The notes: generated by a model from the sequence alone, not told the origin. DNA of 64,000 nt from an uncultured bacterium (GCA_965552055.1 CBEVQO010000002.1:160001-224000); one strand, 5' to 3'; positions 20,301-30,108 are shown, counted from the first letter of the stretch. Numbers and translations are program-made.

Positions 20301-21561
20301 CAAGTGTTACTTTAGCTTCAACTAAAGTATCCTTGGGATTTATTTTTATGAGATACGATCTGGGTCCTGTATCGGCAGGGGGAGTATACCATTGTGTTCC
20401 ATCATCTGCATATAAATAAAGCTGATAACTACCTGCACCTGTACCCAGCATCATTAAATTTCTTTCCGCAAATTGTTTTGTATCACCAAGAAAAGTATTT
20501 GACCAGCAGCCGTTCCAGTTTAATGCTGTATCTGAGGAAGTGAAATCTTTATCAATTGATAAACATACATTAAAAGTATCAATGCTTATTTCCTTTAATT
20601 TCACAAAAATATAAAGATATTGATCATCTGCTGATAATCTAAGTTCTGTTAAATCGCAAAAAGAAGGGAAAGGAGGGTCTGTCCTACAATCACCTGCCTC
20701 TCCTTTATATATAAATTCTCTTTGAGAAAAAGTTATAGCGTGAATTTGGGAAGGTTTTTTACCTATCCAATCATTTATTCCATCAACTTGTTTAATTGCA
20801 CCTTTTACATCGCCATTTGAATTAAAGATTATATGATAATAGCCGTCAAGAGTGCCGTCGTGAATATCTCTATTCCATGCATTTTTTGACACACCGATTT
20901 TCAAGCTATCTGTTTCGCCGCCAATACAGTCAACAGCATCGCTTCCCCATACATCATAGACAGCATCTGTGTCATTACACCATGCAACACGATTTTGAAA
21001 TGACGCACACCAGAACCACATTTCTTCAGGTAAAGTTACTTCAAGGTCAGACCAGTTTATTTTTGCTTCAACAACGTCATTTGTCGCATCAATTACAATC
21101 TGATAGTCACTACTGGGAGGAGCATACCAAATACCACCGTCCCACATTTCAATATCAGGAGAATTGGAAACAGGACAATGAAAACAAATAATCCTTGTAG
21201 CATTAGCTCCCAGACCTTGAGCAGAAATGTTAGTTTCCGCATCGTCTCCTAACCAGTTCCATGTTCGCCAGATATCTTGACAGTTTACAGCAATACCAAC
21301 ATGTACAGAATCAATTACCCTTATATCTTTCATCTTTATTAAAAAGTAAATATAAGTAGTATCGCCTGTAACTCTTACTTCTACAATATCGTTATCATCT
21401 GTCATTGGATAATCTGTTCTTCTATCGTTTATATCTCCCCTGTAGATCCATTCACCCGCAGAGATATTTACAGCGTGGATTTGTGAAGGCAAAACTCCTA
21501 TCCAGTCAGATGGCTCCCCATCCACAGTTATTGTATGCATTAATAAACACAATATTATCAT
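17338..21561 (-). CDS. Large secreted protein: two DOMON-like domains, CARDB/Ig repeats, T9SS-type CTD
   Basis: Duplicated VDG..DW.G..PSQIHA...DAVDCIGG..NAWDRD module; repeated beta-sandwich units; IYPNP...VYDCAGR...GIYFV. Confidence 0.7.
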   Translation of the reverse strand: MIILCLLMHTITVDGEPSDWIGVLPSQIHAVNISAGEWIYRGDINDRRTDYPMTDDNDIVEVRVTGDTTYIYFLIKMKDIRVIDSVHVGIAVNCQDIWRTWNWLGDDAETNISAQGLGANATRIICFHCPVSNSPDIEMWDGGIWYAPPSSDYQIVIDATNDVVEAKINWSDLEVTLPEEMWFWCASFQNRVAWCNDTDAVYDVWGSDAVDCIGGETDSLKIGVSKNAWNRDIHDGTLDGYYHIIFNSNGDVKGAIKQVDGINDWIGKKPSQIHAITFSQREFIYKGEAGDCRTDPPFPSFCDLTELRLSADDQYLYIFVKLKEISIDTFNVCLSIDKDFTSSDTALNWNGCWSNTFLGDTKQFAERNLMMLGTGAGSYQLYLYADDGTQWYTPPADTGPRSYLIKINPKDTLVEAKVTLEDLALSITDTITISFATYDNRPGDPNTQDVTANYSVCDAIDCIGGQKGISANAWDRDLSDGYLNYYFRIPLCRLLADTEAGIDTMWISPESVAINTTCTTFVIIKNYGRYNASGINVEQFINDNLNGFVSNLSLEVDQDTTLKFLYTPTIVDTGICRDSVIVNFTDGYSKNNTKILTFKVYVPPVVVKIKNKQNLAPSTALQDTFISALRLSLSANRDSTFLIKIKLKTFGNYELSDIDSIKVFTNTTVLAETSFCSQTQWIELTPCKIDTSLTDIYIGYKLAKYAKPGRFFNVAIESTSFFVFIYPGELADTNLPAISDTCIIEDKPDVCIVKGKSIAPDSAGKGEKKVPFIELEIYTPEDFALLDSIKVGPVIASSADIESIFVFKDNGDKIFDLLEDVLIGKELFSSSPQIINIPEDTLRDTVTYFIALNISSNATSNQIALSIPAKNYITLVSPDTVLDSNFPIHSDTAKIVSPDTVFAKFVDIMPDKILQKKKTSSILIKMFTQSYMGTAVIKGVKVKRYGNYIDSIYLYKNTSLLAKENFVDTIVNLNFIDTIKPAPDTQFYEIQIKLNPLAKIGDSISIGFENNLFFDIFSPDVMSSSNLPFKTKFAKIVDFSDTLKIYLSPEPSCTIVQGQQEVKTIRCSLVVSEDEIILDSVKLKIEGNAILKTIKIISPYEILAVDTSPDSFASFIIKDTLSQGELYKADIIFDVAENCPPNTEVRFLMNHNLIFVKEPDVVEEFAETTDYWIIKDLPDTLFIYAKDISLDTASAGTQDFPLLKLKAKIKGDAIIFKGIKFHLLGDLEEGCVKLKLYKDTILLQQTNFTEGIAQFVFEETLKDSQVYYVKANFDSIITGNSFGIETQSKDDFVLSQPDVIDSASSLISSRIIFVGILERKIERTMLKKIYPNPAFGLINLAFVTNGKNKVKIKVYDCAGRLVYNYSNNLKAGEHLLKLKFAHAGIYFVVFESGNYNKKDKIVILKGR

Positions 21562-21574
21562 AACAACCTCCTTT

Positions 21575-24500
21575 TTATTTTATCTTAATAAACTTATATG
21601 TCCTTCCGTCAATTTTTATAAAATACATACCTGCTTTTAAATTACGGATATAAATTTCTCGCTGACCACGAATATCTAAAATAATCCTTCCAGTTAAGTC
21701 GTAAATTTTAATAACTTCGCCTCCATTTCTTATAATTATTCTATCTATTACAGGATTGGGGTATATCTTTGTAATAGTATTTCTGACTCTCTCTTGCATT
21801 CCTAAAGGTTGAGGATTCCATATAATGAAGCCTTCACCTTGTTTTGCATCTCCGGGGTCAGCATCAAAAAGTTCACCCCAGAAATCACCAGATTGCCCAA
21901 AGAAACAAAGATAATGAGATTTAGTATTGGGCTTGCCTACATTATATCCCTCACCATAAGTTAATGAACTGTCAAATTTTATATACTGGAAGTAAAGAGT
22001 ATCTCCTGATGTTGTTGTACCAATACTATCCACAACGAGCATGGTGCATGCAGGTGCACCTTTTCTAAAAACTCCATAAGGCATAGCAAAATATGTATTG
22101 GTTATAAGTTCATAAAGTTGAATCTGTGCACCTGTATTTATCCTTATGCCATGTACTCCAAAGTTTTCAAAAATGTAATATTTTGCATCGATTTTACCAT
22201 TCACGAAGAAATTATAAAAACCACCGGAATATCCTGTTATTTTTACAGAATCAATATCAGAACCTATAAGTTTTATCTCGCCTGATGGTAAAACGGTTAA
22301 TGTTTCGTTATCAGCAATTTGTAATTCGCTTCCTTCATTTAAATAAAATACTCCAGCAACATAGACATTATTTTTTGCTATGAGCTTTTGTGAATTTGTG
22401 AATAAAGTACCAGATTTAATGTAAATCTTGCTACCTACAGTCAGATCAGTAAGTAAAGAGACAGAACTTGATGTTTTCTCTACTATTAATTCAGGGAACT
22501 CATTCTGTATGCCCGATGAAATTGCAGATGCTTTTGAACCACAAAAAGTTATAACACCTTGCGAGCCTCTGAAAACGCCTTCTCTATCATCCCAGTTGCC
22601 ATACACATAGAGGGTCTCGGATAAATTTACAGTTATTCTTGAAGATTCTGGAGAATATGTTAAAACAGGTAATAATTTTAAATCTCCACAAAAACTTCTT
22701 TCATTCACCACAGGATAATTTGAACAATAAGGCTGGATTAATACGATAGATTGCGAATCTGGTTTTGTGCAAAAACTCCAGTTAGCGTTATCTGTGTAAT
22801 TTTGGGATATTCCACCATACCAAACATGATATCCTTTAAATGAGGTTACTCCTGTATCAGGTATTCCATCACTATCAGCATCGACCTGTATCCAGAAAAC
22901 TGCGTTTATAATACCGGGTGTGCTATCTGCGGGCAAACACTGATTTGAAATAAAGTCACCGGTTGAGTTTTTAATGACACAAAATAGCGCTAAAATAGCG
23001 CCTGTATCTACCCTTCCCAGTCTGCCATAAAGTGACTTCCAATTTATTTTAATCTCCACATCACCGTCAGGAGTGCCTTCAACTTCACAGAGGTCAATCC
23101 ATGCGAAATCCGCAGGATTTTCAATATTGCGCAAACCAACAGTATCAGATAAAGAATAATATCCTACATCACCGGCATTTATAACCCCACAAACAAAATC
23201 GGCACAAAAACCAGGAACCAAAACAGTATCGGGCAAAGCACCCGTGATTGCATCATCAAGTCGCCCGACATTATCCGAGACATCGCCTTTGCCGTCAAAA
23301 CCTGCACCATTTTTGTCGTTCTGAAAATCTTTATCAATGTAAATTAAAAGAGCATTATTATTCACAGAAGTTAAACTTCCTTTTATTCCGATAAATAAAT
23401 CGTGTAAATCCCAGGTGACAAAAAGACTATCTAACTTATCCCCTATCCAGTTTGTTGGAATAAGATTACAAAGTGGAAGAGCTCCCCTTTTCCAATCATC
23501 GCTACTTACGAAAAAGATAGCGCCATCAATTTCTGGAACATCGTAAGTTGAAGAATCACCGGCATCTCTTACAAGTATTTTTGAATTTTCACCTGCCTTC
23601 GGAGGCATATCAGGAATGCCATCGCCGTCTTTATCAATTTCAATCATAACAATTGAATTCATCGTAGTGGGGAAGACCTCTTCAGGTAAAGTAGCATCAC
23701 TTATAGCATCACCCGAAGCATCTTTTATTATCACGAATAGACCTATTTTTGCGTTTTCTTTAACAATGTTTGATACATCGGGATATAAGGAACTCCATGG
23801 AATTTCTGCTTCAAGGTCACCTCCTCCTCTTGCCCTTACCTTACATGCAATCCAGCCGAAATCATTCATCGGAAAAGCATTATCAAGCTTCCGAAGACCA
23901 CAGGTATCATTTACTCCATCACAATCACCTGCATTTTTGCAACCAAGGACAAAATCAGCATAGAAACCTTTTACAGGACATATTGAAGGCTTAAAACCCG
24001 TGATCGACGCATCAAGAGAACCTGTTTCATCACACAAATCAGCATTATCATTAAAACCAAGAGAATCCCATTGCTTAAAATCTACATCAATATAAATGAG
24101 GCAAAAATTATTATGGTCAGTTGTTAAAAAGGCATCAATTCCTATATAAAGGTTTACGGTATCCCATGTAACATAAAGGTTATAAAGTGAGTCATAAGCG
24201 AAAATACCTGTGCCCGAATGCGAATTTGAACAGATGGAGTCGGCTTTTGCCCAATCGTGTTTTGCACGATAAATATAACCGTCAATAAGAGGTCCATTTA
24301 TAGTATCTTTTATGTGATACCAGAATCCTTGGGTGATATATGCAGAATTATCGGCATAATCGGAGCATGTATCATCAAAGGGATTTGCATCGCTAATACC
24401 GGGTTTATTTTCAGCAGGTCTAAAATAACAGACGATAAAAATAGAATCACCAAAAGTAATACCCAATGTATCCATCAAAATACCAATCTCAGCCCAGCCG

Positions 24501-24955
24501 TTTGATACAGATTCAGCATGACGAAGCCCACCCACATCCCGCCATATAGTTCCTGTCCATTTTTTAAGAGAAATTCCTCCAAAGGCATCATTCCCGTAAG
24601 ATATCCATGCAGTTATCCAGAAATCAGGTTTATTCTGCCAGCCAACTTCTGTTGTGGAACACCAGGGGTCTGTACCATTCCCGGATGCAGTACCATTTAC
24701 ATCAATTGCAAACATCCAGTGAGAAGAAAGTCCGTCATCCCAGGGGTCACCTCCGAACTCCCATCCAATATAAATACAGGTGTCATCATGAGTTATCCAG
24801 AGCTTTTTGCAGGCATCATAGGGAAGATTATAAGAGCCCGTACTGTTCGTTAAATCAACATTCTCCCAATCTTCCCACTTATTTGCATCTATCTGGGGAG
24901 TAAAACTAAATAACCGTAAGGGAATAATACAAATTGCCAATCCACACTTCCTCAT
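21575..24955 (-). CDS. Secreted protein with three DOMON-like domains and T9SS-type CTD
   Basis: Repeated P.ID...DW and L.VTWD...L.IG modules; IYPNP...IYDLTGR...GMYFI; ATG 24955 (alt 24961). Confidence 0.7.
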   Translation of the reverse strand: MRKCGLAICIIPLRLFSFTPQIDANKWEDWENVDLTNSTGSYNLPYDACKKLWITHDDTCIYIGWEFGGDPWDDGLSSHWMFAIDVNGTASGNGTDPWCSTTEVGWQNKPDFWITAWISYGNDAFGGISLKKWTGTIWRDVGGLRHAESVSNGWAEIGILMDTLGITFGDSIFIVCYFRPAENKPGISDANPFDDTCSDYADNSAYITQGFWYHIKDTINGPLIDGYIYRAKHDWAKADSICSNSHSGTGIFAYDSLYNLYVTWDTVNLYIGIDAFLTTDHNNFCLIYIDVDFKQWDSLGFNDNADLCDETGSLDASITGFKPSICPVKGFYADFVLGCKNAGDCDGVNDTCGLRKLDNAFPMNDFGWIACKVRARGGGDLEAEIPWSSLYPDVSNIVKENAKIGLFVIIKDASGDAISDATLPEEVFPTTMNSIVMIEIDKDGDGIPDMPPKAGENSKILVRDAGDSSTYDVPEIDGAIFFVSSDDWKRGALPLCNLIPTNWIGDKLDSLFVTWDLHDLFIGIKGSLTSVNNNALLIYIDKDFQNDKNGAGFDGKGDVSDNVGRLDDAITGALPDTVLVPGFCADFVCGVINAGDVGYYSLSDTVGLRNIENPADFAWIDLCEVEGTPDGDVEIKINWKSLYGRLGRVDTGAILALFCVIKNSTGDFISNQCLPADSTPGIINAVFWIQVDADSDGIPDTGVTSFKGYHVWYGGISQNYTDNANWSFCTKPDSQSIVLIQPYCSNYPVVNERSFCGDLKLLPVLTYSPESSRITVNLSETLYVYGNWDDREGVFRGSQGVITFCGSKASAISSGIQNEFPELIVEKTSSSVSLLTDLTVGSKIYIKSGTLFTNSQKLIAKNNVYVAGVFYLNEGSELQIADNETLTVLPSGEIKLIGSDIDSVKITGYSGGFYNFFVNGKIDAKYYIFENFGVHGIRINTGAQIQLYELITNTYFAMPYGVFRKGAPACTMLVVDSIGTTTSGDTLYFQYIKFDSSLTYGEGYNVGKPNTKSHYLCFFGQSGDFWGELFDADPGDAKQGEGFIIWNPQPLGMQERVRNTITKIYPNPVIDRIIIRNGGEVIKIYDLTGRIILDIRGQREIYIRNLKAGMYFIKIDGRTYKFIKIK

Positions 24956-25201
24956 CCACATATTTTAATCAACTCTCCTCAAATGTCAACAATAAATTTC
25001 AGTTATTAAAATTTCAGAAACTATTCAAAAAGAATTTCACTGCCAGCACCTATTTCTATGTAATTTTCATCAAATGCCGAACGAAAAACAGAGCGCAACC
25101 CGTAAAATAAACGCCTTCCAATATCTCACAGCAGTTATCAATTTCTACCATCTACATCGGGATTAACTTTCAAAAAGTTAAAAAGCCCCAATTTGCATTT
25201 T

Positions 25202-25366
25202 GCCCCGCCTCCGCTGTCCCCACCTTCCCGATTAAGTCAGCCCACTACTACCCCTTTTTAAATGCAAGCAGAAAATAAAGCGTAAAACACCCAGAGTAAC
25301 CCCCAATCCCGTAATGGGCTGACATATCAACCCATATGTAATGAGCTCGCTACGCTCGCATTAAAA
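25202..25366. repeat. About 165-bp intergenic REP/BIME-like element, copy B
   Basis: gccccgcctccgctgtccccaccttcccgattaagtcagccca...gtaatgggctgacatatcaacccatatgtaat..gctcgctacgctcgcattaaaa shared with copy A. Confidence 0.85.
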
Positions 25367-25413
25367 TTATTAGCAAAAATCATCAAACACGCCCTTATTA
25401 TAAGCAAAGCATA

Positions 25414-25463
25414 TTAGAAAGCCACAGCGTGGTCAAGGCAGTGCCTTGCTCGCTACGCTCGCA
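25414..25463. repeat. REP-like module (CAAGGCA-G-TGCCTTG palindrome) overlapping the mrp stop
   Basis: Similar to the reverse complement of about 13141-13175; ends with gctcgctacgctcgca. Confidence 0.55.
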
Positions 25464-26235
25464 ATATCTTATCAACAATATTAAGAAATGCTTTCGCAGA
25501 TTCACTATCAGGATGAGAAATGAGAAAAGGTTTACCATCATCTCCGCATTCAACGATTCTCGGGTCAAAAGGAATCTTGCCAAGAAAAGGAACACCAAGC
25601 TCTTTTGACGCTCGCTCGCCGCCTCCCTCTTTAAACAGATTAATCTTCGCACCGCAATTCGGACAGATAAAGCCACTCATATTCTCAATTATCCCGTAAA
25701 TTTTCATTTTTAATTGCCTCGCAAAATTTACAGCTTTACGCGAATCAAGAAGTGCAAGCTCCTGAGGTGTCGTAACGATTATAGCACCGGCATCAGGAAT
25801 TAACTGAGCAACAGAAAGCGGCTCATCACCTGTTCCCGGTGGCGAATCTATTATAAGCCAGTCAAGTTCACCCCATTTCACATCACCAAGAAATTGCTGA
25901 ATCGCCTTCATCTTAAGGGGACCACGCCAGATGACAGGTGTGCTGGAATCCGGTAGCAAAAATGCCATAGAAACGAGTTTCAAATTCGGTAAAACTTCAC
26001 AGGGCAATATCTTTTTATCGGTATCAACAGATAAGAATTTGCCCTCCACACCAAGAATTTTGGCAAGATTCGGACCATGGATATCAACATCAAGAAGCCC
26101 TACATTTAAACCTTTTTGAGCAAAAGCAAGAGAAAGATTGGCAGAAACAGTAGATTTGCCAACACCACCCTTACCACTGAAAACCATAATTTTGTTCTTA
26201 ACCTTCGATAAAGATTTTTGAATTTCATCAGTCAT
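25453..26235 (-). CDS. mrp: Mrp/ApbC/Nbp35 Fe-S carrier ATPase
   Basis: [45 protein letters not shown] 26235 overlaps the upstream stop. Confidence 0.93.
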   Translation of the reverse strand: MTDEIQKSLSKVKNKIMVFSGKGGVGKSTVSANLSLAFAQKGLNVGLLDVDIHGPNLAKILGVEGKFLSVDTDKKILPCEVLPNLKLVSMAFLLPDSSTPVIWRGPLKMKAIQQFLGDVKWGELDWLIIDSPPGTGDEPLSVAQLIPDAGAIIVTTPQELALLDSRKAVNFARQLKMKIYGIIENMSGFICPNCGAKINLFKEGGGERASKELGVPFLGKIPFDPRIVECGDDGKPFLISHPDSESAKAFLNIVDKILRA

Positions 26236-26582
26236 TTTACAGCTCCCACTGGACAAACCCGTATGCAATTACCACAACCAGTACATAGAGAAGAATTTAT
26301 CACGGCTTTACCTTCAACAACCCTTATAGCACCCGTTGGACAGTTTTGCTCACATATACCACAGCCAGTGCACTTATCGGTATCAACACGGGGAACAGCA
26401 ATTGCTCTACCCATGCCCATCCCTCCGCCTTCTCTCATCATCAAAGTGCCACAGTTAGGACACCTGACAGTAGAACAGGGGATGCCCCTTTGATGAGGCA
26501 CACGCATACCACATGCAGGACAAACACAAAAGCCACCGGGCCCCCTTCCCCAACCTCTTCCTCTGCCAAACCCAAAAGGCAT
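26232..26582 (-). CDS. Gly/Arg-rich leader + Cys-rich ribbon + 2x[4Fe-4S] ferredoxin fusion
   Basis: [19 protein letters not shown]...PC...CPNCG, and two CxxCxxCxxxCP motifs. Confidence 0.85.
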   Translation of the reverse strand: MPFGFGRGRGWGRGPGGFCVCPACGMRVPHQRGIPCSTVRCPNCGTLMMREGGGMGMGRAIAVPRVDTDKCTGCGICEQNCPTGAIRVVEGKAVINSSLCTGCGNCIRVCPVGAVK

Positions 26583-26590
26583 AACTCCTC

Positions 26591-26815
26591 CTAAATCTTA
26601 CATGTGCCATCACTGCAAAGAGGACAGGAAGAACCTGAACTCGAACTGGAAGAACCTGAATCCTTCACTCCAACCCTGCACGGAGCACCAAGACGCTTTT
26701 CCACATCTTTACTGCCACAGTCAGGACATTTTATCTCTTCATCGCCTGAACCAACTCCTACAAGCATCTCAAATATCTTATGACACTTTTTACATTCATA
26801 AACATACAACGGCAT
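26591..26815 (-). CDS. FmdB-family zinc ribbon protein
   Basis: MPLYVYECKKCHKIFE...CPDCGS...C-terminal Cys cluster. Confidence 0.88.
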   Translation of the reverse strand: MPLYVYECKKCHKIFEMLVGVGSGDEEIKCPDCGSKDVEKRLGAPCRVGVKDSGSSSSSSGSSCPLCSDGTCKI

Positions 26816-26816
26816 T

Positions 26817-27410
26817 TTACCCTCCTTTTAGCATCCAGGGACCGGGCAAAACCCTCCAGCCCCACAAATACTCAAGCACACACCAGCCAGTTAAAAACGC
26901 AAAATAATAATACGCCATCTTTTTACTTATAGAATCAGAAAATTTGCCACGCCTCACTAGAATAATTGTAAGCACCAAAAATAAAATGGCAGAAGGATAA
27001 GTAACCCACGATTTCCTCCCCATAGTATCAAATTGAGAAATCATGAAATAATGCAAAAACCATATCGCACCAAAACTGCTAAGAGTAAAATTTGCACCAG
27101 ATGGCAAAAAGCCAAGAAGTGGTAGATAAAAAATTAAAAAGAGAAAAAGAAGGGGCCCCATTTTAATAGAAGCAATATCAAAAAGACCTGTATGCTCCGC
27201 AACTTCACCAACAAAGGCCCATATCAAAATCCCAGAAATTATGCCACAATAATTCCTGACTTTCTCACTCTTTACACTTAAAGATTTGAAAAATAAAAAG
27301 ATACCAGTAAAGAGAAAACACAACCCAAGAATTAAAGGCAAAACACCACCAGCCCTGTAAGCCACAACAAGTCCACCGTAAACACCCACAAACACCCAAA
27401 ACACTATCAC
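26817..27410 (-). CDS. Multi-pass membrane protein of unknown function
   Basis: About 6-7 hydrophobic segments; first gene behind a Fur-boxed promoter. Confidence 0.75.
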   Translation of the reverse strand: MIVFWVFVGVYGGLVVAYRAGGVLPLILGLCFLFTGIFLFFKSLSVKSEKVRNYCGIISGILIWAFVGEVAEHTGLFDIASIKMGPLLFLFLIFYLPLLGFLPSGANFTLSSFGAIWFLHYFMISQFDTMGRKSWVTYPSAILFLVLTIILVRRGKFSDSISKKMAYYYFAFLTGWCVLEYLWGWRVLPGPWMLKGG

Positions 27411-27411
27411 T

Positions 27412-27430
27412 GATAATGATAATCATTTTC
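27412..27430. promoter_or_regulatory. Fur box overlapping the -10 of the minus-strand promoter
   Basis: GATAATGATAATCATTTTC, 18/19 to the classical GATAATGATAATCATTATC; TTGACA 27442-27437, N15, TATCAT, N5, GTG 27410. Confidence 0.9.
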
Positions 27431-27449
27431 AGAATTTGTCAAGTTTAGA

Positions 27450-27476
27450 TTGACATTTTCATGAGAAAATTATATT
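27450..27476 (+). promoter_or_regulatory. Promoter TTGACA-N15-TATATT-N5-ATG
   Basis: ATG 27482 follows 5 nt after the -10. Confidence 0.7.
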
Positions 27477-27481
27477 CGTTG

Positions 27482-28402
27482 ATGGGTGCGCTGTTCGGAC
27501 CTGTGCCTTCAAGAAGGCTGAGAATATCTCTTGGAATTGACCTCATTCCATACAAAACATGCACTTTAAATTGCATATATTGTGAATGCGGAAGAACAAC
27601 AAATCTCACAGTAGAGCGAAAAGAATTTATAAGCACAGATAAAGTGATTGATGAATTAAAAAATTTTCTAAAAAATTTACCGGAACTTGATTTTGTAACA
27701 TTTTCAGGTGCAGGCGAGCCAACATTACACACGGGCATCGGCAAAATAATCTCATTTTTGAGGAAAAATTACCACTATAAGGTTGCAGTATTAACAAATG
27801 GCACACTTTTTTATCAAAAAGAAGTTAGAGAAAGTGTAAAAGATGCAGATGTCATATTGCCATCACTTGATGCAGGAACAGAAGAAACTTTCAGAAAAAT
27901 AAATCGCCCACATAAAGAAATAAGATTTAAAAATCTTATCGAAGGACTTAAATTATTGCGAAAAGAATTTAAGGGAGAAATATGGCTCGAAATTTTCCTC
28001 GTAGAAGGGATAAATGACAGTGAAAAAGAAATTCTTGCAATCAAAAAGATAATAAATGAAATATCACCCGATAAAATTCAGTTAAATACAGTTGACAGGC
28101 CACCAGCAGAGAAATGGGTAAAACCGGTAAAGATGGATAGATTGATGGAAATAGCAAAAGAATTGAATGCCGAAATAATAACAAAATTCCAGAAAGATGT
28201 TAAATTTGTAAAAAAGATAGACGATTTAAAAGAAGAAATTTTGAACACACTAAAAAGAAGACCCTGCACAATTGAGGATTTGAAAGAAATCTTCGGAATA
28301 AAAATAATGGAGTTAAACAAAATTCTAAGGGTGCTCGAAAAAGAAGACAAAATCACACAATACAAAGGTAAAAGAGGCACCTTCTATAAAATAAAGCACT
28401 AA
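27482..28402 (+). CDS. Radical SAM protein (COG0731-like)
   Basis: FGPVPSRRL, CTLNCIYC, TFSGAGEPTL, LTNGTL; start revised to ATG 27482. Confidence 0.9.
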   Translation: MGALFGPVPSRRLRISLGIDLIPYKTCTLNCIYCECGRTTNLTVERKEFISTDKVIDELKNFLKNLPELDFVTFSGAGEPTLHTGIGKIISFLRKNYHYKVAVLTNGTLFYQKEVRESVKDADVILPSLDAGTEETFRKINRPHKEIRFKNLIEGLKLLRKEFKGEIWLEIFLVEGINDSEKEILAIKKIINEISPDKIQLNTVDRPPAEKWVKPVKMDRLMEIAKELNAEIITKFQKDVKFVKKIDDLKEEILNTLKRRPCTIEDLKEIFGIKIMELNKILRVLEKEDKITQYKGKRGTFYKIKH

Positions 28403-28440
28403 AAAACTTCCATGTAATATTAACCTTAATAAATAGAATT

Positions 28441-28492
28441 GGGTCAAGAAGGGCGAAGCCCTTCAAAAAACCTTTGGGCGGGCGGGTGGGAT
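28441..28492. repeat. GC-rich intergenic hairpin element
   Basis: GAAGGGC-GAA-GCCCTTC perfect stem followed by gggcgggcgggtggga. Confidence 0.5.
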
Positions 28493-28499
28493 AAAAATA

Positions 28500-28526
28500 T
28501 TGACACAAAGAAAAAATGAATATAAT
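28500..28526 (+). promoter_or_regulatory. Perfect-consensus promoter TTGACA-N15-TATAAT-N5-ATG
   Basis: TTGACA caaagaaaaaatgaa TATAAT aaaag ATG (28532). Confidence 0.8.
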
Positions 28527-28531
28527 AAAAG

Positions 28532-29143
28532 ATGGATGAATTTGAAAAAATCTGGAAAATACTCGAAAGGATATCAAAAGAACATGAAAAAATCGAAAAA
28601 GAACAGAAAAAATTAACAGAACAACATAAACTAACAGAGAAATCGGTAAACGACTTATCAAAATCCGTAAGTGAATTATCCGAAGAGGTGAAGAAATTGA
28701 CAAGAGAGTTAAAAGGGGTTACCGATGGATGGGGAAGATTTGTTGAAGGCTTTATGGCACCATCAGCTGAAAAGACATTCAGAGATATGGGCTACATCAC
28801 GAAATCAACGCATTTCCGCAGAGTAATAAAGAAAGATGGCGAAGTGATAGGAGAAATTGACATTGTAATACCTGCCTATAAAGAGCAGAAAATTTTATTT
28901 GTAGGCGAAGCAAAAACTTTTGTAAGTTCAAAAGATATTGATGAATTCATCGAAAATATAAAAAATGCAAAAGAAGCATGGGAAGAATACGAGGATTATA
29001 AATTTATTGGATTTATTGGAGGGATGAACTGGGGCGAAGGAGCAGATATATATGCTTTGCGTCAGGGACTCTACATTTTTAAAGTATCAGATGAACAAAT
29101 GAAACTCATCCTGCCAAAAGGATTTAAACCAAAACTGTGGTAA
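28532..29143 (+). CDS. Coiled-coil + PD-(D/E)XK-like domain protein (DUF3782-like)
   Basis: Heptad N-terminus; WGRFVE...GEIDIV...VGEAKT...ALRQGLYI. Confidence 0.7.
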   Translation: MDEFEKIWKILERISKEHEKIEKEQKKLTEQHKLTEKSVNDLSKSVSELSEEVKKLTRELKGVTDGWGRFVEGFMAPSAEKTFRDMGYITKSTHFRRVIKKDGEVIGEIDIVIPAYKEQKILFVGEAKTFVSSKDIDEFIENIKNAKEAWEEYEDYKFIGFIGGMNWGEGADIYALRQGLYIFKVSDEQMKLILPKGFKPKLW

Positions 29144-30108
29144 AATCAAAAAGAATAAAACCATATCTTTACGAACATCCAGAAATCAAATTAAACTCCC
29201 GCAAAATCCAGAAAGATAAATTTTTAAAAGAAATATTCTGGTTTGATTCGCCGGTAGAAAGTCCACATCCTCAAAACAACACAGCTTACGGCTATATTTT
29301 GAGAAATAATTCAAAAAATCTTTTGATTTTCATTCATGGTTTGCGTGCGAAAAGATGTGATACTTGGGGAAATGCGGGTATAACTTTTATCGATGCAGGT
29401 TTTGATGTTTTATTTTTACGCTTACCCTATCATGGTAAAAGGGCACATAAAAATTATCCTCTTGGGGATTTTTTCCTGCAGGTAAATCCGGTGTTACAGC
29501 TTCAAAATTTTGAGCAGGCGGTTTTAGAAGTAAAACTCTGTATTGATTTTTTCTCAAAGGATTACGATGAGATTTACATAATGGGAACGAGTTTGGGGGC
29601 AATAGTTGGTACAATTGCGGTTGCCCTTGACAATCGCATTAAAAAAGCAGTTTTTGTGAATCTCGGTGGAGATTTCGGGAAGATTGTGTGGAAAGGCGCA
29701 GGACTCGGGGAATTCCGCAAAAGACATTTGAAAGAAGGAGTAACTTATAAAAAATGCAAAAGAACAAGAAGTTATTATGATGATTTCTTACGGGAAGTTA
29801 AAAAATGCAAATCAATAGATGAAATCTGGAATATAGAAATTGAAGGCGAAAGATGTTATCCCTGCAAAGGTTTTAACATACCAAGCGAATGCTACTATGC
29901 AGACCCTCTTACATTTTTAAATTTTGTGAAAATACCTGTGCTTTTGATAAATGGAATCTTTGACCTCACAATCCAATATCCATGCAAAATAAAGGTGATA
30001 GAAAGTTTGAAAGACAAAAAGGTAATATGGCTACCATGTGAACACATCTCAACAGGCATCTTCCACACCATCCTTTTCCAGAAATCCATAAGCTTTTTGA
30101 AAGATTAA
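29137..30108 (+). CDS. Alpha/beta hydrolase
   Basis: FIHG, LPYHGKR, GTSLG nucleophile elbow, candidate Asp (FDLTI) and His (CEH). Confidence 0.85.
   Translation: MVKSKRIKPYLYEHPEIKLNSRKIQKDKFLKEIFWFDSPVESPHPQNNTAYGYILRNNSKNLLIFIHGLRAKRCDTWGNAGITFIDAGFDVLFLRLPYHGKRAHKNYPLGDFFLQVNPVLQLQNFEQAVLEVKLCIDFFSKDYDEIYIMGTSLGAIVGTIAVALDNRIKKAVFVNLGGDFGKIVWKGAGLGEFRKRHLKEGVTYKKCKRTRSYYDDFLREVKKCKSIDEIWNIEIEGERCYPCKGFNIPSECYYADPLTFLNFVKIPVLLINGIFDLTIQYPCKIKVIESLKDKKVIWLPCEHISTGIFHTILFQKSISFLKD

Noticed and set aside
24990..25200. Coding remnant in the intergenic gap
   Set aside because: The minus-strand frames I translated are interrupted by stops and show no recognisable motif; the track has no ORF here on either strand.
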